From Escherichia coli (GTDB taxonomy: Bacteria > Pseudomonadota > Gammaproteobacteria > Enterobacterales > Enterobacteriaceae): DNA of 64,000 nucleotides. The stretch lies in the NCBI RefSeq assembly GCF_013315695.1, contig NZ_CP054353.1. The stretch is one strand, 5' to 3'. Below are positions 43,653 to 57,105 of this stretch, one piece after another. Both the position numbers and the translations under genes were made by a program. Position 1 is the stretch's first letter, and every line of letters begins with the position of its first letter. The notes beneath the pieces were generated by a model. The model ran no database searches and was not told where the DNA came from. It was given only the letters and a program-made list of their open reading frames with translations.

Positions 43653-45651
43653 TTTCGGACTCCAGTTGCGCAACCTGTTCTGTGTTTAAACCTGCTTTGA
43701 GTAATAGTGATTGCATCGAAACTTGTAATTCGCGTTGAATTGTCAGGACGCGATCCAACGTTTCCTGGCTGATAACGCCTTCGGTGACCAAAAACTTGCC
43801 GAGCGGCAGAGAACTGCGTTCATGGCGCAATAACAACACGTTAATTGCTGAACGATTAATATGACCGAGCGTGGTCAGTATTTCGGCGAACAGGAACTGA
43901 TGCGGCACATATTGCCGCCAGATTTCACCGGCCTGCTGTTCCGTGAGCCACTGATGCTGAACTGCATTGTACAACATTGCCCGCGGATCGTGACCGCGTC
44001 GGCGTGCATACCAGTGGCGTAATCCGGTGACAATTTGTCCCCGCAGAACAATGACGTAACGCACTTTGCGTCCGACTTTACGCGTCAGGGCCGCCAGCGA
44101 AACCGGGTCAATACCATCTTCACTGCCGACAATTAACTCATCATTGTCCAGACGCAGCGGCAGTACCGCATAATGCAGCGCCACGGAGGCCGGCATTTCG
44201 GCAATCAGCGAGGAAGGGATCTGCCAGGCATCGATGGATTCCCACGCCACTCGACGCGGATCGCCGTGTTGAAGTACCTGTTTTAACGCGCGCCAGTTGG
44301 CCATGAAGTTAATCAGGTTACCCCAGAAAAGACGCAGGACAGATAGCAGCCCCTGCGTCAGACCGTAGTAGCCAGTGACAAAAATCACCCGCTGCACGAT
44401 GCGGTTAACCATCAAACCAAAGTTTAGCCACAGCAGGGTCATTAACCATGCGCTGCCGCTGAAAATAGAAAGGAAATGCCAGGCATCGGGCCACAAACTT
44501 TCATACGCCAGTAACAGCAAAAGCTGGATCATCACCAGCATCGCGAGGAAGCTGACAAAGTTACTGATTGCCCCTTTGCGGTCGCGCCAGAGAAAGTAGT
44601 TCAGCGTCAGGCTGGAGGTCCATTTGTGGGTTTTAAAGCCCTGGAAAACAATGCCGATGATCCAGCGAGATTTTTGTCGAACCGCAGTCGAAAAGGTATC
44701 GGGGAAATATTCGCGCACGCAGATCATGTTTGACGTCCGTGCGTGCTGTAAAAATTTACGCTGCTCGCGTTCTTTGGCTTCGTCCACCACCGGAAAACGG
44801 ACAAAAATTTCCGTCATACCTTTTTCTTTCAGGCGGAAGCCAATATCGTAATCTTCAGTCAGACTCTGCACGTCGAAAGCAATACCGTCACCGTCAGCTA
44901 ACAGAGCGGTCACGGCGCGGCGGCTGAAACAGGTGCCGACGCCTGCGCTGGGCACTTGTCCGGCGAGGGCTTCACGCACCGGAACATCCTTGCCATGCAG
45001 TTCTGAAAACTCATCAATGTAAGTCATGCTGGTGAAGTGCGTCCATTCGCGTTCGAACGGATACACTGGGATCTGAATCAGATCTTTACGCTCGACCAGA
45101 TAGTTGAACAGACGCAATTCCATCGGTGAAATCACATCTTCGGCGTCATGCAGAATAAAACCAGCAAAAGCGAAATTGGCGCTACGTTCAAATTGGGTGA
45201 TGGCGTCCAGCACGTTGTTCAGACAGTCGGCTTTGCTGGTGGGGCCAGGACGCGCGCAGACTACCTTATGCACGTTCGGGAAGCGAGCGCACACTTCGTC
45301 AACATCACGCTGAGTATCGGGGTCGTTGGGGTAGGTGCCAACAAAGATATGATAGTTTTCGTAGTCGAGCGTGGTCGCCGCCAGCTCGGCCATATTGCCG
45401 ATGACGCCCGTTTCATTCCACGCCGGAACCATAATCGCTAACGGTTTTTCATCTGGTTTATACAGTTCGCGGTAACTCATTCGCGGGTAGCGGCGATAAA
45501 CACTCAACTTGCGTTTAATGCGGCGTACCCAGTAGACGACATCAATAAAAAAATCGTCCAGCCCGCTGATGAACATGATGACCGCTAACGTTATCGCGAT
45601 TACTTTTAAGCCGTAGAGCCAGGTAGCAAAAACATCAAGAAGCCAGTCCAC
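43639..45651 (-). CDS. nfrB: Phage N4 adsorption protein NfrB (family-2 glycosyltransferase, C-terminal MshEN-like domain)
   Basis: GTG start MDWLLDVFATWLYGL.. directly after an in-frame stop; 670 aa as encoded here. Confidence 0.85.
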   Translation of the reverse strand: MDWLLDVFATWLYGLKVIAITLAVIMFISGLDDFFIDVVYWVRRIKRKLSVYRRYPRMSYRELYKPDEKPLAIMVPAWNETGVIGNMAELAATTLDYENYHIFVGTYPNDPDTQRDVDEVCARFPNVHKVVCARPGPTSKADCLNNVLDAITQFERSANFAFAGFILHDAEDVISPMELRLFNYLVERKDLIQIPVYPFEREWTHFTSMTYIDEFSELHGKDVPVREALAGQVPSAGVGTCFSRRAVTALLADGDGIAFDVQSLTEDYDIGFRLKEKGMTEIFVRFPVVDEAKEREQRKFLQHARTSNMICVREYFPDTFSTAVRQKSRWIIGIVFQGFKTHKWTSSLTLNYFLWRDRKGAISNFVSFLAMLVMIQLLLLLAYESLWPDAWHFLSIFSGSAWLMTLLWLNFGLMVNRIVQRVIFVTGYYGLTQGLLSVLRLFWGNLINFMANWRALKQVLQHGDPRRVAWESIDAWQIPSSLIAEMPASVALHYAVLPLRLDNDELIVGSEDGIDPVSLAALTRKVGRKVRYVIVLRGQIVTGLRHWYARRRGHDPRAMLYNAVQHQWLTEQQAGEIWRQYVPHQFLFAEILTTLGHINRSAINVLLLRHERSSLPLGKFLVTEGVISQETLDRVLTIQRELQVSMQSLLLKAGLNTEQVAQLESENEGE

Positions 45652-45800
45652 ACAAAAACCTTACATTAACGCTGGTTATGTTTAGGGTGGCGTATATTAA
45701 AGTTTTTTATGAATTGTGACAGCTTTTTATCATTAATAGGTATGACTATTGCGGCACGTTATTTTTACACTGGTTATAAAAGTTGCCGTTTGCTGAAGGA

Positions 45801-47243
45801 TTAAGCGGGTAATGTGATAACAAACCTTGTCCCCCGCGCATCCGACGTTACCGCAACCGTGCCTTTATGTGCGACAACAATCGATTTCACTATCGCCAGG
45901 CCAATGCCGCTACCTTCGCCTTTTCGCTGGCGGGAAGGATCAACGCGGTAGAAACGGTCAAACAATCGCGGTAAGTGTTCGGGCGCAATGGGCGTACCGG
46001 GGTTTTCGACGGAAACTTGCACCTGGTGATCGACCGTCTGGCAGCGCACAACAATTGCCTCTCCGGGTGGCGTATAACGCAGGGCGTTCGAAAGCAGGTT
46101 GCTTAACGCCCGACGCAACATCAGCGGATCGCCCGCAACCTGACACTCGTCACCAACAAACCGCAACTCCACGCCGCGATCTTCCGCTAACGCCTCGAAA
46201 AAATCGAACACTTTGCCGACTTCATCCGCCAGGTTGAGCATTTTCTTTTCGGGGATTAACTGGTTGTTATCGGCCTGGGCGAGAAACAACATATCGCTGA
46301 CCATTTTCGCCATTCGCGTCAGCTCTTCGAGATTAGAGTAGAGCACATCTTCCAGCTCCTTCTGGCTGCGCGACTGGCTGAGGGCGATTTCCGTTTGCGT
46401 TATGAGATTCGTAATTGGTGTACGAATTTCGTGGGCGATATCCGCTGAGAAATTGGACTGGCGGGTAAAGACATCCTCAATACGCTCGATCATATGGTTG
46501 AACGACAGCACCAGTTGTTCGAGTTCAATGGGCACGGTCTGTGGATCGAGGCGAACGTCGAGATCTTTCGAGGTGATATTCTGGATTTGACGGCTGACGC
46601 TGCGGATCGGCGCGTGACCTTTATGTACCGCCAACAGCACGATAAAGACGATCAGGATGCTGATTACCGATGCGGTCATTACAAGTTTATTCATCAAATC
46701 ATTTATGTAATGAAGATGAAAATCGATCGAAAGCGCAATGTAGAGCGTATAAATCGGTTTGCCGTCCACCAGTGGGCCAACCGGCAAGCTAATCATCCGC
46801 CAGTTGCTGTGTTCCATATGTCCGTGACCGTGGCCTGGCATCATCATTGTCGGGCCGGAAAGGAGATACACCTCGCCGCCCCGAGCGTCTTTATCGGGTA
46901 TGGCATCACGTGCAAACTCGCGGATATCGGGCGCGTCGGGGGAGTGATACACCGTTTTACCCAGGCTATCTGCCAGGGAGATCAACACATTGGAATAACC
47001 ACTGACAATATCTTCCAGCGTCATTAAGCGTCGGGCTTGCGTTTCGTCAGGGTGATTAAGTACCCGTTCAAGGGTGGCGCTAATCTCTTTTAAATCATTA
47101 ATATCCTGCTCGGCAAAATGCACTTTTACCGAGTGGATCATGATCCAGGCAAAGGCGAAAAACGCCGCGATGGTGGCCAGGCTAATAAAAAAGGTCAGGC
47201 GGGTTGCCAGCGAAAACGGGCGCTGAAACGGCTTACTGACCAT
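45801..47243 (-). CDS. cusS: Copper/silver sensor histidine kinase CusS
   Basis: Start [16 protein letters not shown].. inside ORF 45801-47255; HisKA and HATPase domains. Confidence 0.9.
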
Positions 47244-47916
47244 CCGGCACCTCAAGCATGTAACCCACGCCGCGCACGGTCTGAATCAGCTTCGGCTCAA
47301 AGTCGTTGTCGATTTTGCCGCGCAGCCGCTTCACCGCCACATCAATGGCGTTGGTATCGCTGTCGAAATTCATGTCCCACACCTGCGAGGCGATAAGCGA
47401 GCGGGGCAGCACTTCACCCTGATGGCGGAGGAAAAACTCCAGCAAAGTAAATTCTTTACTGGTCAACGTGATGCGCGTGCCGCTACGGGTGACTTTGCGG
47501 CTGACGAGATCGACCATCAAATCGGCAACCTGAAACTGACTTTCGATAATTACCGCCGCCCCGCGCCGCAGTAGAGTGCGCACCCGCGCCAGCAGTTCAG
47601 CAAAAGCGAACGGCTTCACCAGATAGTCATCCGCCCCCAACTCCAGCCCCTTGACGCGATGTTCAATGGTGCCAAGCGCGGTAAGCAACAGAATTGGCAT
47701 CCCTTTATTGGCGGAACGCAACATGCGCACGATATCCCAGCCGTTCACGTCCGGCAGCATAATATCGAGGATTATCAGATCATAATCACCGGTCATCGCC
47801 AGATGGTAGCCATTCAGCCCGTTGTCGGCCAAATCGACCACAAAACCGGCTTCGGTTAACCCTTTGGTCAAGTATTCTCCGGTTTTCTTTTCATCTTCGA
47901 CAATCAACAGTTTCAT
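47233..47916 (-). CDS. cusR: Response regulator CusR (OmpR family)
   Basis: 227 aa, [20 protein letters not shown].. Confidence 0.9.
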
Positions 47917-47981
47917 ATTTCCTCCGCATGTTGCCCGGGCAATTCTAGAGTAGCGGGATCAGATGGCAATCGCTTATTGGC

Positions 47982-48003
47982 AAAATGACAATTTTGTCAT
48001 TTT
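47982..48003. promoter_or_regulatory. CusR box palindrome in the cusR-cusC divergent promoter
   Basis: aaaatgacaattttgtcatttt (ATGACAA-nn-TTGTCAT). Confidence 0.65.
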
Positions 48004-48072
48004 CCTGTCACCGGAAAATCAGAGCCTGGCGAGTAAAGTTGGCGGCATAAAATCACCAGAAATTATGAGCCT

Positions 48073-49455
48073 ATGTCTCCTTGTAAACTTCTGCCATTTT
48101 GTGTGGCCCTTGCGCTAACCGGTTGTTCACTGGCACCGGATTATCAGCGTCCGGCAATGCCCGTGCCGCAGCAGTTCTCACTCAGCCAGAACGGCCTGGT
48201 TAACGCAGCAGATAACTACCAGAACGCGGGCTGGCGCACCTTTTTTGTTGATAATCAGGTGAAGACGCTGATTAGCGAGGCGTTGGTGAATAACCGGGAT
48301 TTGCGCATGGCGGCGCTGAAAGTGCAGGAAGCGCGGGCGCAATATCGTCTGACCGATGCCGACCGCTACCCACAGCTCAATGGCGAGGGCAGCGGCAGCT
48401 GGAGCGGCAATCTTAAAGGCGATTCAGCCACGACGCGGGAGTTCTCGACTGGCCTTAACGCCAGCTTTGATCTCGATTTTTTCGGGCGCTTAAAGAACAT
48501 GAGCGAAGCCGAGCGCCAAAATTATTTAGCTACTGAGGAAGCTCAGCGCGCGGTGCATATTCTGCTGGTTTCTAATGTCGCGCAAAGCTATTTCAATCAG
48601 CAACTGGCGTATGCGCAATTGCAAATAGCCGAAGAAACGTTGCGTAATTATCAGCAGTCATATGCGTTTGTCGAAAAACAACTGTTGACCGGTAGCAGTA
48701 ATGTTCTGGCGCTGGAACAGGCTCGCGGGGTGATAGAAAGTACCCGCAGCGACATCGCTAAACGTCAGGGGGAACTGGCGCAGGCAAATAATGCATTGCA
48801 ACTGTTATTGGGAAGCTACGGCAAGCTGCCGCAAGCGCAGACAGTAAACAGCGACAGCCTGCGAAGCGTTAAATTACCGGCGGGCTTGTCGTCGCAAATC
48901 TTATTGCAGCGCCCGGATATTATGGAAGCTGAACACGGGTTAATGGCGGCTAATGCCAATATTGGCGCTGCACGCGCGGCATTTTTCCCGTCTATCAGCC
49001 TGACCAGCGGAATATCGACCGCCAGTAGCGATCTGTCGTCATTATTTAACGCCAGCAGCGGGATGTGGAATTTTATACCCAAAATTGAGATCCCCATTTT
49101 TAATGTCGGACGCAACCATGCCAATCTGGATATCGCCGAAATTCGCCAGCAGCAGTCGGTGGTGAATTATGAACAGAAAATCCAGAATGCCTTTAAAGAA
49201 GTGGCAGATGCGCTGGCATTACGTCAAAGCCTGAACGATCAAATCAGCGCCCAGCAGCGTTATCTGGCATCGCTGAAAATTACTTTGCAACGGGCGCGGG
49301 CATTATATCAGCACGGCGCAGTAAGTTATCTGGAAGTGCTGGATGCCGAGCGTTCTTTATTTGCAACCCGACAAACTTTACTCGACCTGAATTATGCCCG
49401 TCAGGTTAACGAAATTTCTTTATATGCCGCCTTAGGCGGCGGTTGGCACCAGTAA
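48073..49455 (+). CDS. cusC: Outer-membrane factor CusC
   Basis: 460 aa, lipoprotein signal ..ALALTGCSLAPDY.. Confidence 0.9.
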   Translation: MSPCKLLPFCVALALTGCSLAPDYQRPAMPVPQQFSLSQNGLVNAADNYQNAGWRTFFVDNQVKTLISEALVNNRDLRMAALKVQEARAQYRLTDADRYPQLNGEGSGSWSGNLKGDSATTREFSTGLNASFDLDFFGRLKNMSEAERQNYLATEEAQRAVHILLVSNVAQSYFNQQLAYAQLQIAEETLRNYQQSYAFVEKQLLTGSSNVLALEQARGVIESTRSDIAKRQGELAQANNALQLLLGSYGKLPQAQTVNSDSLRSVKLPAGLSSQILLQRPDIMEAEHGLMAANANIGAARAAFFPSISLTSGISTASSDLSSLFNASSGMWNFIPKIEIPIFNVGRNHANLDIAEIRQQQSVVNYEQKIQNAFKEVADALALRQSLNDQISAQQRYLASLKITLQRARALYQHGAVSYLEVLDAERSLFATRQTLLDLNYARQVNEISLYAALGGGWHQ

Positions 49456-49478
49456 CTTTTAACTCCAGGAGAGAATAT

Positions 49479-49811
49479 ATGAGAAAAGCACTGCAAGTCG
49501 CAATGTTCAGTCTGTTTACCGTTATTGGCTTTAATGCCCAGGCTAACGAACATCATCATGAAACCATGAGCGAAGCACAACCACAGGTTATTAGCGCCAC
49601 TGGCGTGGTAAAAAGTATTGATCTGGAAAGCAAAAAAATCACCATACATCACGATCCGATTGCTGCCGTGAACTGGCCGGAGATGACCATGCGCTTTACC
49701 ATCACCCCGCAGACGAAAATGAGCGAAATTAAAACCGGCGACAAAGTGGCGTTTAATTTTGTCCAGCAGGGCAACCTTTCTTTATTACAGGATATTAACG
49801 TCAGCCAGTAA
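49479..49811 (+). CDS. cusF: Periplasmic copper chaperone CusF
   Basis: ATG at 49479 (MRKALQVAMFSLFTVIGFNAQA..) inside ORF 49443-49811. Confidence 0.9.
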   Translation: MRKALQVAMFSLFTVIGFNAQANEHHHETMSEAQPQVISATGVVKSIDLESKKITIHHDPIAAVNWPEMTMRFTITPQTKMSEIKTGDKVAFNFVQQGNLSLLQDINVSQ

Positions 49812-49826
49812 CCCAGGTTTAATGAG

Positions 49827-51050
49827 ATGAAAAAAATCGCGCTTATTATCGGCAGCATGATCGTGGGCGGTATTATTTCTGCGGTAGGTTTTACCTGGTT
49901 TGCAAAGGCTGAACCGCCCGCAGAAAAAACGCCGACCGCAGAACGTAAAATCTTATTCTGGTACGACCCGATGTATCCCAATACGCGGTTCGATAAACCA
50001 GGTAAATCGCCGTTTATGGATATGGATCTGGTGCCGAAATATGCCGATGAAGAGAGTTCTGCGTCTGGTGTACGCATTGACCCGACCCAGACGCAGAATC
50101 TGGGGGTGAAAACGGCGACCGTCACGCGCGGGCCGCTGACTTTTGCCCAGAGTTTCCCGGCGAATGTCAGTTACAACGAGTATCAGTATGCCATTGTGCA
50201 GGCTCGCGCTGCCGGGTTTATCGATAAGGTGTATCCGCTTACCGTGGGCGATAAAGTACAAAAGGGCACACCGCTTCTCGACCTGACCATTCCCGACTGG
50301 GTGGAAGCGCAGAGTGAGTATTTACTGCTGCGCGAAACCGGCGGTACGGCGACCCAGACTGAAGGCATTCTTGAGCGGCTGAGACTGGCGGGAATGCCGG
50401 AGGCGGATATTCGCCGCCTGATCGCCACGCAAAAAATACAGACTCGCTTTACGCTCAAAGCGCCCATTGATGGCGTGATCACCGCGTTTGATCTGCGCGC
50501 GGGAATGAATATCGCCAAAGATAACGTGGTCGCGAAAATTCAGGGTATGGACCCGGTGTGGGTCACTGCTGCGATCCCGGAGTCCATCGCCTGGCTGGTG
50601 AAAGATGCCTCGCAGTTTACCCTCACCGTTCCGGCGCGACCGGATAAAACACTCACCATTCGCAAATGGACCCTGCTACCCGGCGTGGATGCCGCGACCC
50701 GCACGCTGCAACTGCGTCTGGAAGTCGACAACGCCGACGAGGCGCTAAAACCGGGCATGAACGCCTGGTTGCAACTCAATACCGCCAGCGAACCGATGCT
50801 GCTCATTCCGTCACAGGCGCTGATTGATACCGGCAACGAACAGCGGGTGATTACCGTTGATGCTGACGGGCGCTTTGTACCGAAACGCGTTGCCGTTTTC
50901 CAGGCATCGCAAGGCGTCACCGCGTTACGCTCTGGTCTGGCGGAAGGTGAAAAGGTGGTTTCCAGCGGCCTGTTCCTGATTGATTCTGAAGCCAATATTT
51001 CTGGCGCACTGGAGCGGATGCGCTCTGAAAGTGCTACCCATGCGCATTGA
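49827..51050 (+). CDS. cusB: Membrane fusion protein CusB
   Basis: 407 aa. Confidence 0.9.
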   Translation: MKKIALIIGSMIVGGIISAVGFTWFAKAEPPAEKTPTAERKILFWYDPMYPNTRFDKPGKSPFMDMDLVPKYADEESSASGVRIDPTQTQNLGVKTATVTRGPLTFAQSFPANVSYNEYQYAIVQARAAGFIDKVYPLTVGDKVQKGTPLLDLTIPDWVEAQSEYLLLRETGGTATQTEGILERLRLAGMPEADIRRLIATQKIQTRFTLKAPIDGVITAFDLRAGMNIAKDNVVAKIQGMDPVWVTAAIPESIAWLVKDASQFTLTVPARPDKTLTIRKWTLLPGVDAATRTLQLRLEVDNADEALKPGMNAWLQLNTASEPMLLIPSQALIDTGNEQRVITVDADGRFVPKRVAVFQASQGVTALRSGLAEGEKVVSSGLFLIDSEANISGALERMRSESATHAH

Positions 51051-51061
51051 GGGAATAGCCA

Positions 51062-54000
51062 ATGATTGAATGGATTATTCGTCGCTCGGTGGCGAACCGT
51101 TTTCTGGTGCTGATGGGCGCGTTGTTTCTGAGTATCTGGGGCACCTGGACCATCATTAACACGCCAGTGGATGCACTGCCGGATCTCTCTGATGTACAGG
51201 TGATTATTAAAACCAGCTATCCCGGTCAGGCACCGCAAATCGTTGAAAATCAGGTGACTTATCCGCTAACCACCACCATGTTGTCGGTGCCTGGCGCGAA
51301 GACTGTGCGCGGTTTCTCGCAGTTTGGCGACTCTTATGTGTATGTCATTTTCGAAGATGGCACCGATCCGTACTGGGCGCGCTCGCGGGTGCTGGAGTAC
51401 CTCAACCAGGTACAGGGTAAGCTGCCTGCGGGAGTCAGCGCCGAGCTGGGGCCAGATGCCACGGGTGTTGGCTGGATCTATGAATATGCACTGGTGGATC
51501 GCAGCGGTAAGCACGATCTGGCCGATTTACGCTCATTGCAGGACTGGTTTCTCAAATATGAGCTAAAAACCATCCCTGACGTTGCGGAAGTGGCGTCGGT
51601 GGGCGGTGTGGTGAAAGAGTATCAGGTGGTTATCGATCCTCAGCGCCTGGCGCAGTATGGCATCAGTCTCGCCGAAGTAAAAAGCGCGCTGGATGCTTCA
51701 AACCAGGAAGCGGGCGGTTCGTCGATCGAACTGGCGGAAGCGGAATATATGGTGCGCGCCAGCGGCTATCTGCAAACGCTCGACGACTTTAATCACATCG
51801 TTTTAAAAGCCAGTGAAAATGGCGTGCCCGTTTATCTGCGTGATGTTGCGAAGGTCCAGGTTGGCCCGGAGATGCGCCGGGGCATTGCCGAACTGAACGG
51901 CGAAGGCGAAGTGGCGGGCGGGGTGGTGATCCTGCGTTCCGGCAAAAACGCCCGTGAAGTGATCGCTGCCGTGAAGGACAAACTGGAAACGCTGAAAAGC
52001 AGTCTGCCGGAAGGCGTGGAGATAGTTACAACATACGATCGCAGCCAGCTCATTGACCGCGCCATTGACAACCTCAGTGGCAAGTTGCTGGAAGAGTTTA
52101 TTGTGGTGGCGGTAGTCTGTGCGCTGTTTCTCTGGCATGTGCGCTCGGCGCTGGTGGCGATTATTTCGTTGCCGCTGGGGTTGTGTATTGCTTTTATTGT
52201 CATGCACTTTCAGGGACTGAACGCCAATATTATGTCGTTGGGTGGCATTGCGATTGCCGTCGGGGCGATGGTCGATGCCGCTATCGTCATGATCGAGAAT
52301 GCGCATAAACGGCTGGAAGAGTGGCAGCACCAGCATCCTGACGCCACGCTGGATAATAAAACGCGCTGGCAGGTGATCACCGATGCATCTGTTGAAGTGG
52401 GGCCGGCGCTGTTTATCAGTCTGCTGATTATCACGCTGTCGTTTATCCCGATCTTCACCCTGGAAGGGCAGGAAGGTCGTCTGTTTGGCCCGCTGGCGTT
52501 CACCAAAACCTATGCGATGGCGGGCGCGGCGCTACTGGCGATCGTAGTGATCCCGATCCTGATGGGCTACTGGATCCGTGGCAAAATTCCGCCGGAAAGC
52601 AGTAACCCGCTCAATCGCTTTTTGATTCGTGTTTATCATCCGCTGTTGCTGAAAGTACTGCACTGGCCGAAAACCACGCTGTTGGTGGCAGCGCTTTCGG
52701 TGCTGACGGTTCTCTGGCCGCTCAATAAAGTTGGCGGGGAATTTTTACCGCAGATCAATGAAGGGGACTTGTTGTATATGCCATCGACGCTGCCGGGGAT
52801 TTCCGCAGCAGAGGCGGCGAGCATGCTGCAAAAAACCGACAAGCTAATTATGAGCGTACCGGAAGTGGCGCAGGTATTTGGCAAAACCGGGAAAGCGGAA
52901 ACCGCCACCGATTCTGCTCCGCTGGAGATGGTAGAAACGACTATTAAGCTTAAGCCGCAGGATCAGTGGCGGCCTGGCATGACGATGGACAAAATCATTG
53001 AGGAACTGGATAACACCGTGCGTCTGCCGGGGCTGGCGAATCTGTGGGTGCCGCCAATTCGTAACCGTATCGATATGCTCTCAACCGGCATTAAAAGCCC
53101 TATCGGCATTAAAGTTTCCGGCACTGTGCTGGCGGATATCGACACGATGGCGGAGCAAATTGAAGAAGTGGCGCGAACGGTGCCAGGCGTGGCTTCTGCG
53201 CTTGCTGAGCGTCTGGAAGGTGGGCGCTATATCAACGTTGAGATTAACCGTGAAAAAGCCGCGCGTTACGGTATGACGGTGGCGGATGTGCAGTTGTTTG
53301 TGACTTCTGCGGTGGGCGGGGCGATGGTTGGCGAAACGGTGGAAGGGATTGCTCGTTATCCAATTAATCTGCGTTATCCGCAAAGCTGGCGCGATAGCCC
53401 GCAGGCACTGCGCCAGTTGCCGATCCTCACGCCGATGAAGCAGCAAATCACCCTGGCAGACGTGGCCGACGTTAAAGTCTCTACCGGACCGTCGATGCTG
53501 AAAACCGAGAATGCGCGCCCGACGAGCTGGATTTATATCGATGCCCGCGATCGTGACATGGTGTCGGTGGTTCACGATCTGCAAAAAGCGATAGCTGAAA
53601 AAGTGCAGTTAAAACCGGGCACCAGCGTGGCATTCTCCGGGCAGTTCGAGCTACTGGAGCGCGCCAACCATAAGCTGAAACTGATGGTGCCGATGACGCT
53701 GATGATCATCTTCGTGCTGTTGTATCTGGCGTTCCGTCGGGTGGGCGAAGCGTTGCTGATTATCAGCAGCGTACCGTTTGCGCTGGTGGGCGGCATCTGG
53801 TTGCTGTGGTGGATGGGCTTTCATCTTTCCGTGGCGACGGGCACCGGTTTTATTGCCCTTGCCGGGGTTGCCGCCGAATTTGGCGTGGTGATGCTGATGT
53901 ATTTACGTCACGCCATAGAGGCCGAGCCGTCGTTGAATAATCCGCAAACATTCAGCGAGCAGAAGCTGGATGAGGCGTTGTATCACGGCGCGGTCCTGCG

Positions 54001-54205
54001 CGTGCGCCCGAAAGCGATGACGGTGGCGGTGATTATCGCTGGTCTGCTGCCGATTCTGTGGGGAACGGGAGCAGGTTCAGAGGTGATGAGCCGGATTGCC
54101 GCGCCGATGATTGGCGGCATGATCACCGCGCCTTTGCTATCGCTGTTTATTATCCCGGCGGCGTATAAGCTGATGTGGCTGCACCGACATCGGGTACGGA
54201 AATAA
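51062..54205 (+). CDS. cusA: RND efflux transporter CusA
   Basis: 1047 aa, 12-TM RND. Confidence 0.9.
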   Translation: MIEWIIRRSVANRFLVLMGALFLSIWGTWTIINTPVDALPDLSDVQVIIKTSYPGQAPQIVENQVTYPLTTTMLSVPGAKTVRGFSQFGDSYVYVIFEDGTDPYWARSRVLEYLNQVQGKLPAGVSAELGPDATGVGWIYEYALVDRSGKHDLADLRSLQDWFLKYELKTIPDVAEVASVGGVVKEYQVVIDPQRLAQYGISLAEVKSALDASNQEAGGSSIELAEAEYMVRASGYLQTLDDFNHIVLKASENGVPVYLRDVAKVQVGPEMRRGIAELNGEGEVAGGVVILRSGKNAREVIAAVKDKLETLKSSLPEGVEIVTTYDRSQLIDRAIDNLSGKLLEEFIVVAVVCALFLWHVRSALVAIISLPLGLCIAFIVMHFQGLNANIMSLGGIAIAVGAMVDAAIVMIENAHKRLEEWQHQHPDATLDNKTRWQVITDASVEVGPALFISLLIITLSFIPIFTLEGQEGRLFGPLAFTKTYAMAGAALLAIVVIPILMGYWIRGKIPPESSNPLNRFLIRVYHPLLLKVLHWPKTTLLVAALSVLTVLWPLNKVGGEFLPQINEGDLLYMPSTLPGISAAEAASMLQKTDKLIMSVPEVAQVFGKTGKAETATDSAPLEMVETTIKLKPQDQWRPGMTMDKIIEELDNTVRLPGLANLWVPPIRNRIDMLSTGIKSPIGIKVSGTVLADIDTMAEQIEEVARTVPGVASALAERLEGGRYINVEINREKAARYGMTVADVQLFVTSAVGGAMVGETVEGIARYPINLRYPQSWRDSPQALRQLPILTPMKQQITLADVADVKVSTGPSMLKTENARPTSWIYIDARDRDMVSVVHDLQKAIAEKVQLKPGTSVAFSGQFELLERANHKLKLMVPMTLMIIFVLLYLAFRRVGEALLIISSVPFALVGGIWLLWWMGFHLSVATGTGFIALAGVAAEFGVVMLMYLRHAIEAEPSLNNPQTFSEQKLDEALYHGAVLRVRPKAMTVAVIIAGLLPILWGTGAGSEVMSRIAAPMIGGMITAPLLSLFIIPAAYKLMWLHRHRVRK

Positions 54206-54306
54206 AAGCAGGATACCCGGTTTAACCGTGTGGATTGTGTCTTGCGACGATGGGCACTAAATGTTAAAAGGTGCCCCTCAACAAAAAAGACACACAGGGG
54301 AAAGGC

Positions 54307-55683
54307 GTGAAAAACGCGTCAACCGTATCGGAAGATACTGCGTCGAATCAAGAGCCGACGCTTCATCGCGGATTACATAACCGTCATATTCAACTGATTG
54401 CGCTGGGTGGCGCAATTGGTACTGGTCTGTTTCTTGGCATTGGCCCGGCGATTCAGATGGCGGGTCCGGCTGTATTGCTGGGCTACGGCGTCGCCGGGAT
54501 CATCGCTTTCCTGATTATGCGCCAGCTTGGCGAAATGGTGGTTGAGGAGCCGGTATCCGGTTCATTTGCCCACTTTGCCTATAAATACTGGGGACCGTTT
54601 GCGGGCTTCCTCTCTGGCTGGAACTACTGGGTAATGTTCGTGCTGGTGGGAATGGCAGAGCTGACCGCTGCGGGCATCTATATGCAGTACTGGTTCCCGG
54701 ATGTTCCAACGTGGATTTGGGCTGCCGCCTTCTTTATTATCATCAACGCCGTTAACCTGGTGAACGTGCGCTTATATGGCGAAACCGAGTTCTGGTTTGC
54801 GCTGATTAAAGTGCTGGCGATCATCGGTATGATCGGCTTTGGCCTGTGGCTGCTGTTTTCTGGGCACGGCGGCGAGAAAGCCAGTATCGATAACCTCTGG
54901 CGCTATGGCGGTTTCTTTGCCACCGGCTGGAATGGGCTGATTTTGTCGCTGGCGGTGATTATGTTCTCCTTCGGCGGGCTGGAGCTGATTGGGATTACTG
55001 CCGCTGAAGCGCGCGCTCCGGAAAAAAGCATCCCGAAAGCAGTGAATCAGGTGGTGTATCGCATCCTGCTGTTTTATATCGGTTCACTGGTGGTTTTACT
55101 GGCACTCTATCCGTGGGTGGAAGTGAAATCCAACAGTAGCCCGTTTGTGATGATTTTCCATAATCTCGACAGCAACGTGGTAGCTTCTGCGCTGAACTTC
55201 GTCATTCTGGTAGCATCATTATCGGTGTATAACAGCGGGGTTTACTCTAACAGCCGCATGCTGTTTGGCCTTTCTGTGCAGGGTAATGCGCCGAAGTTTT
55301 TGACTCGCGTCAGCCGTCGCGGTGTGCCGATTAACTCGCTGATGCTTTCCGGAGCGATCACTTCGCTGGTGGTGTTAATCAACTATCTGCTGCCGCAAAA
55401 AGCGTTTGGTCTGCTGATGGCGCTGGTGGTAGCAACGCTGCTGTTGAACTGGATTATGATCTGCCTGGCGCATCTTCGTTTTCGTGCTGCGATGCGACGT
55501 CAGGGACGTGAAACACAGTTTAAGGCGCTGCTTTATCCGTTCGGCAACTATCTCTGCATTGCCTTCCTCGGCATGATTTTGCTGCTGATGTGCACGATGG
55601 ATGATATGCGCTTGTCAGCGATTCTGCTGCCGGTGTGGATTGTATTCCTGTTTGTAGCATTTAAAACGCTGCGTCGGAAATAA
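54307..55683 (+). CDS. pheP: Phenylalanine-specific permease PheP
   Basis: GTG start giving MKNASTVSEDTASNQEPTLHRGLHNRHIQLIALGG.. inside ORF 54271-55683. Confidence 0.9.
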   Translation: MKNASTVSEDTASNQEPTLHRGLHNRHIQLIALGGAIGTGLFLGIGPAIQMAGPAVLLGYGVAGIIAFLIMRQLGEMVVEEPVSGSFAHFAYKYWGPFAGFLSGWNYWVMFVLVGMAELTAAGIYMQYWFPDVPTWIWAAAFFIIINAVNLVNVRLYGETEFWFALIKVLAIIGMIGFGLWLLFSGHGGEKASIDNLWRYGGFFATGWNGLILSLAVIMFSFGGLELIGITAAEARAPEKSIPKAVNQVVYRILLFYIGSLVVLLALYPWVEVKSNSSPFVMIFHNLDSNVVASALNFVILVASLSVYNSGVYSNSRMLFGLSVQGNAPKFLTRVSRRGVPINSLMLSGAITSLVVLINYLLPQKAFGLLMALVVATLLLNWIMICLAHLRFRAAMRRQGRETQFKALLYPFGNYLCIAFLGMILLLMCTMDDMRLSAILLPVWIVFLFVAFKTLRRK

Positions 55684-55705
55684 GGCATTCACGCTACATC
55701 CGACA

Positions 55706-55750
55706 AAACGATGTCCGCTCTCATCCATTCGATGAGAGCGGTTTTTTTAA
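55706..55750. terminator. Bidirectional rho-independent terminator between pheP and ybdG
   Basis: ccgctctcatc-cattc-gatgagagcgg flanked by an A-run and a T7 run. Confidence 0.55.
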
Positions 55751-57046
<1,296 letters not shown>

Positions 57047-57105
57047 TTATGCAAATCAGGAGAATCTGAGGGGAAATAGCCGGGCAGATGCCCGGCAAGA
57101 GAGAA

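Noticed and set aside
43639-45651. nfrB encodes 670 aa here, shorter than the ~745 aa I recall for K-12 NfrB
   Set aside because: I cannot verify the reference length or locate an indel from memory; the frame is uninterrupted, so I treat it as intact. An alignment to K-12 nfrB would settle it.
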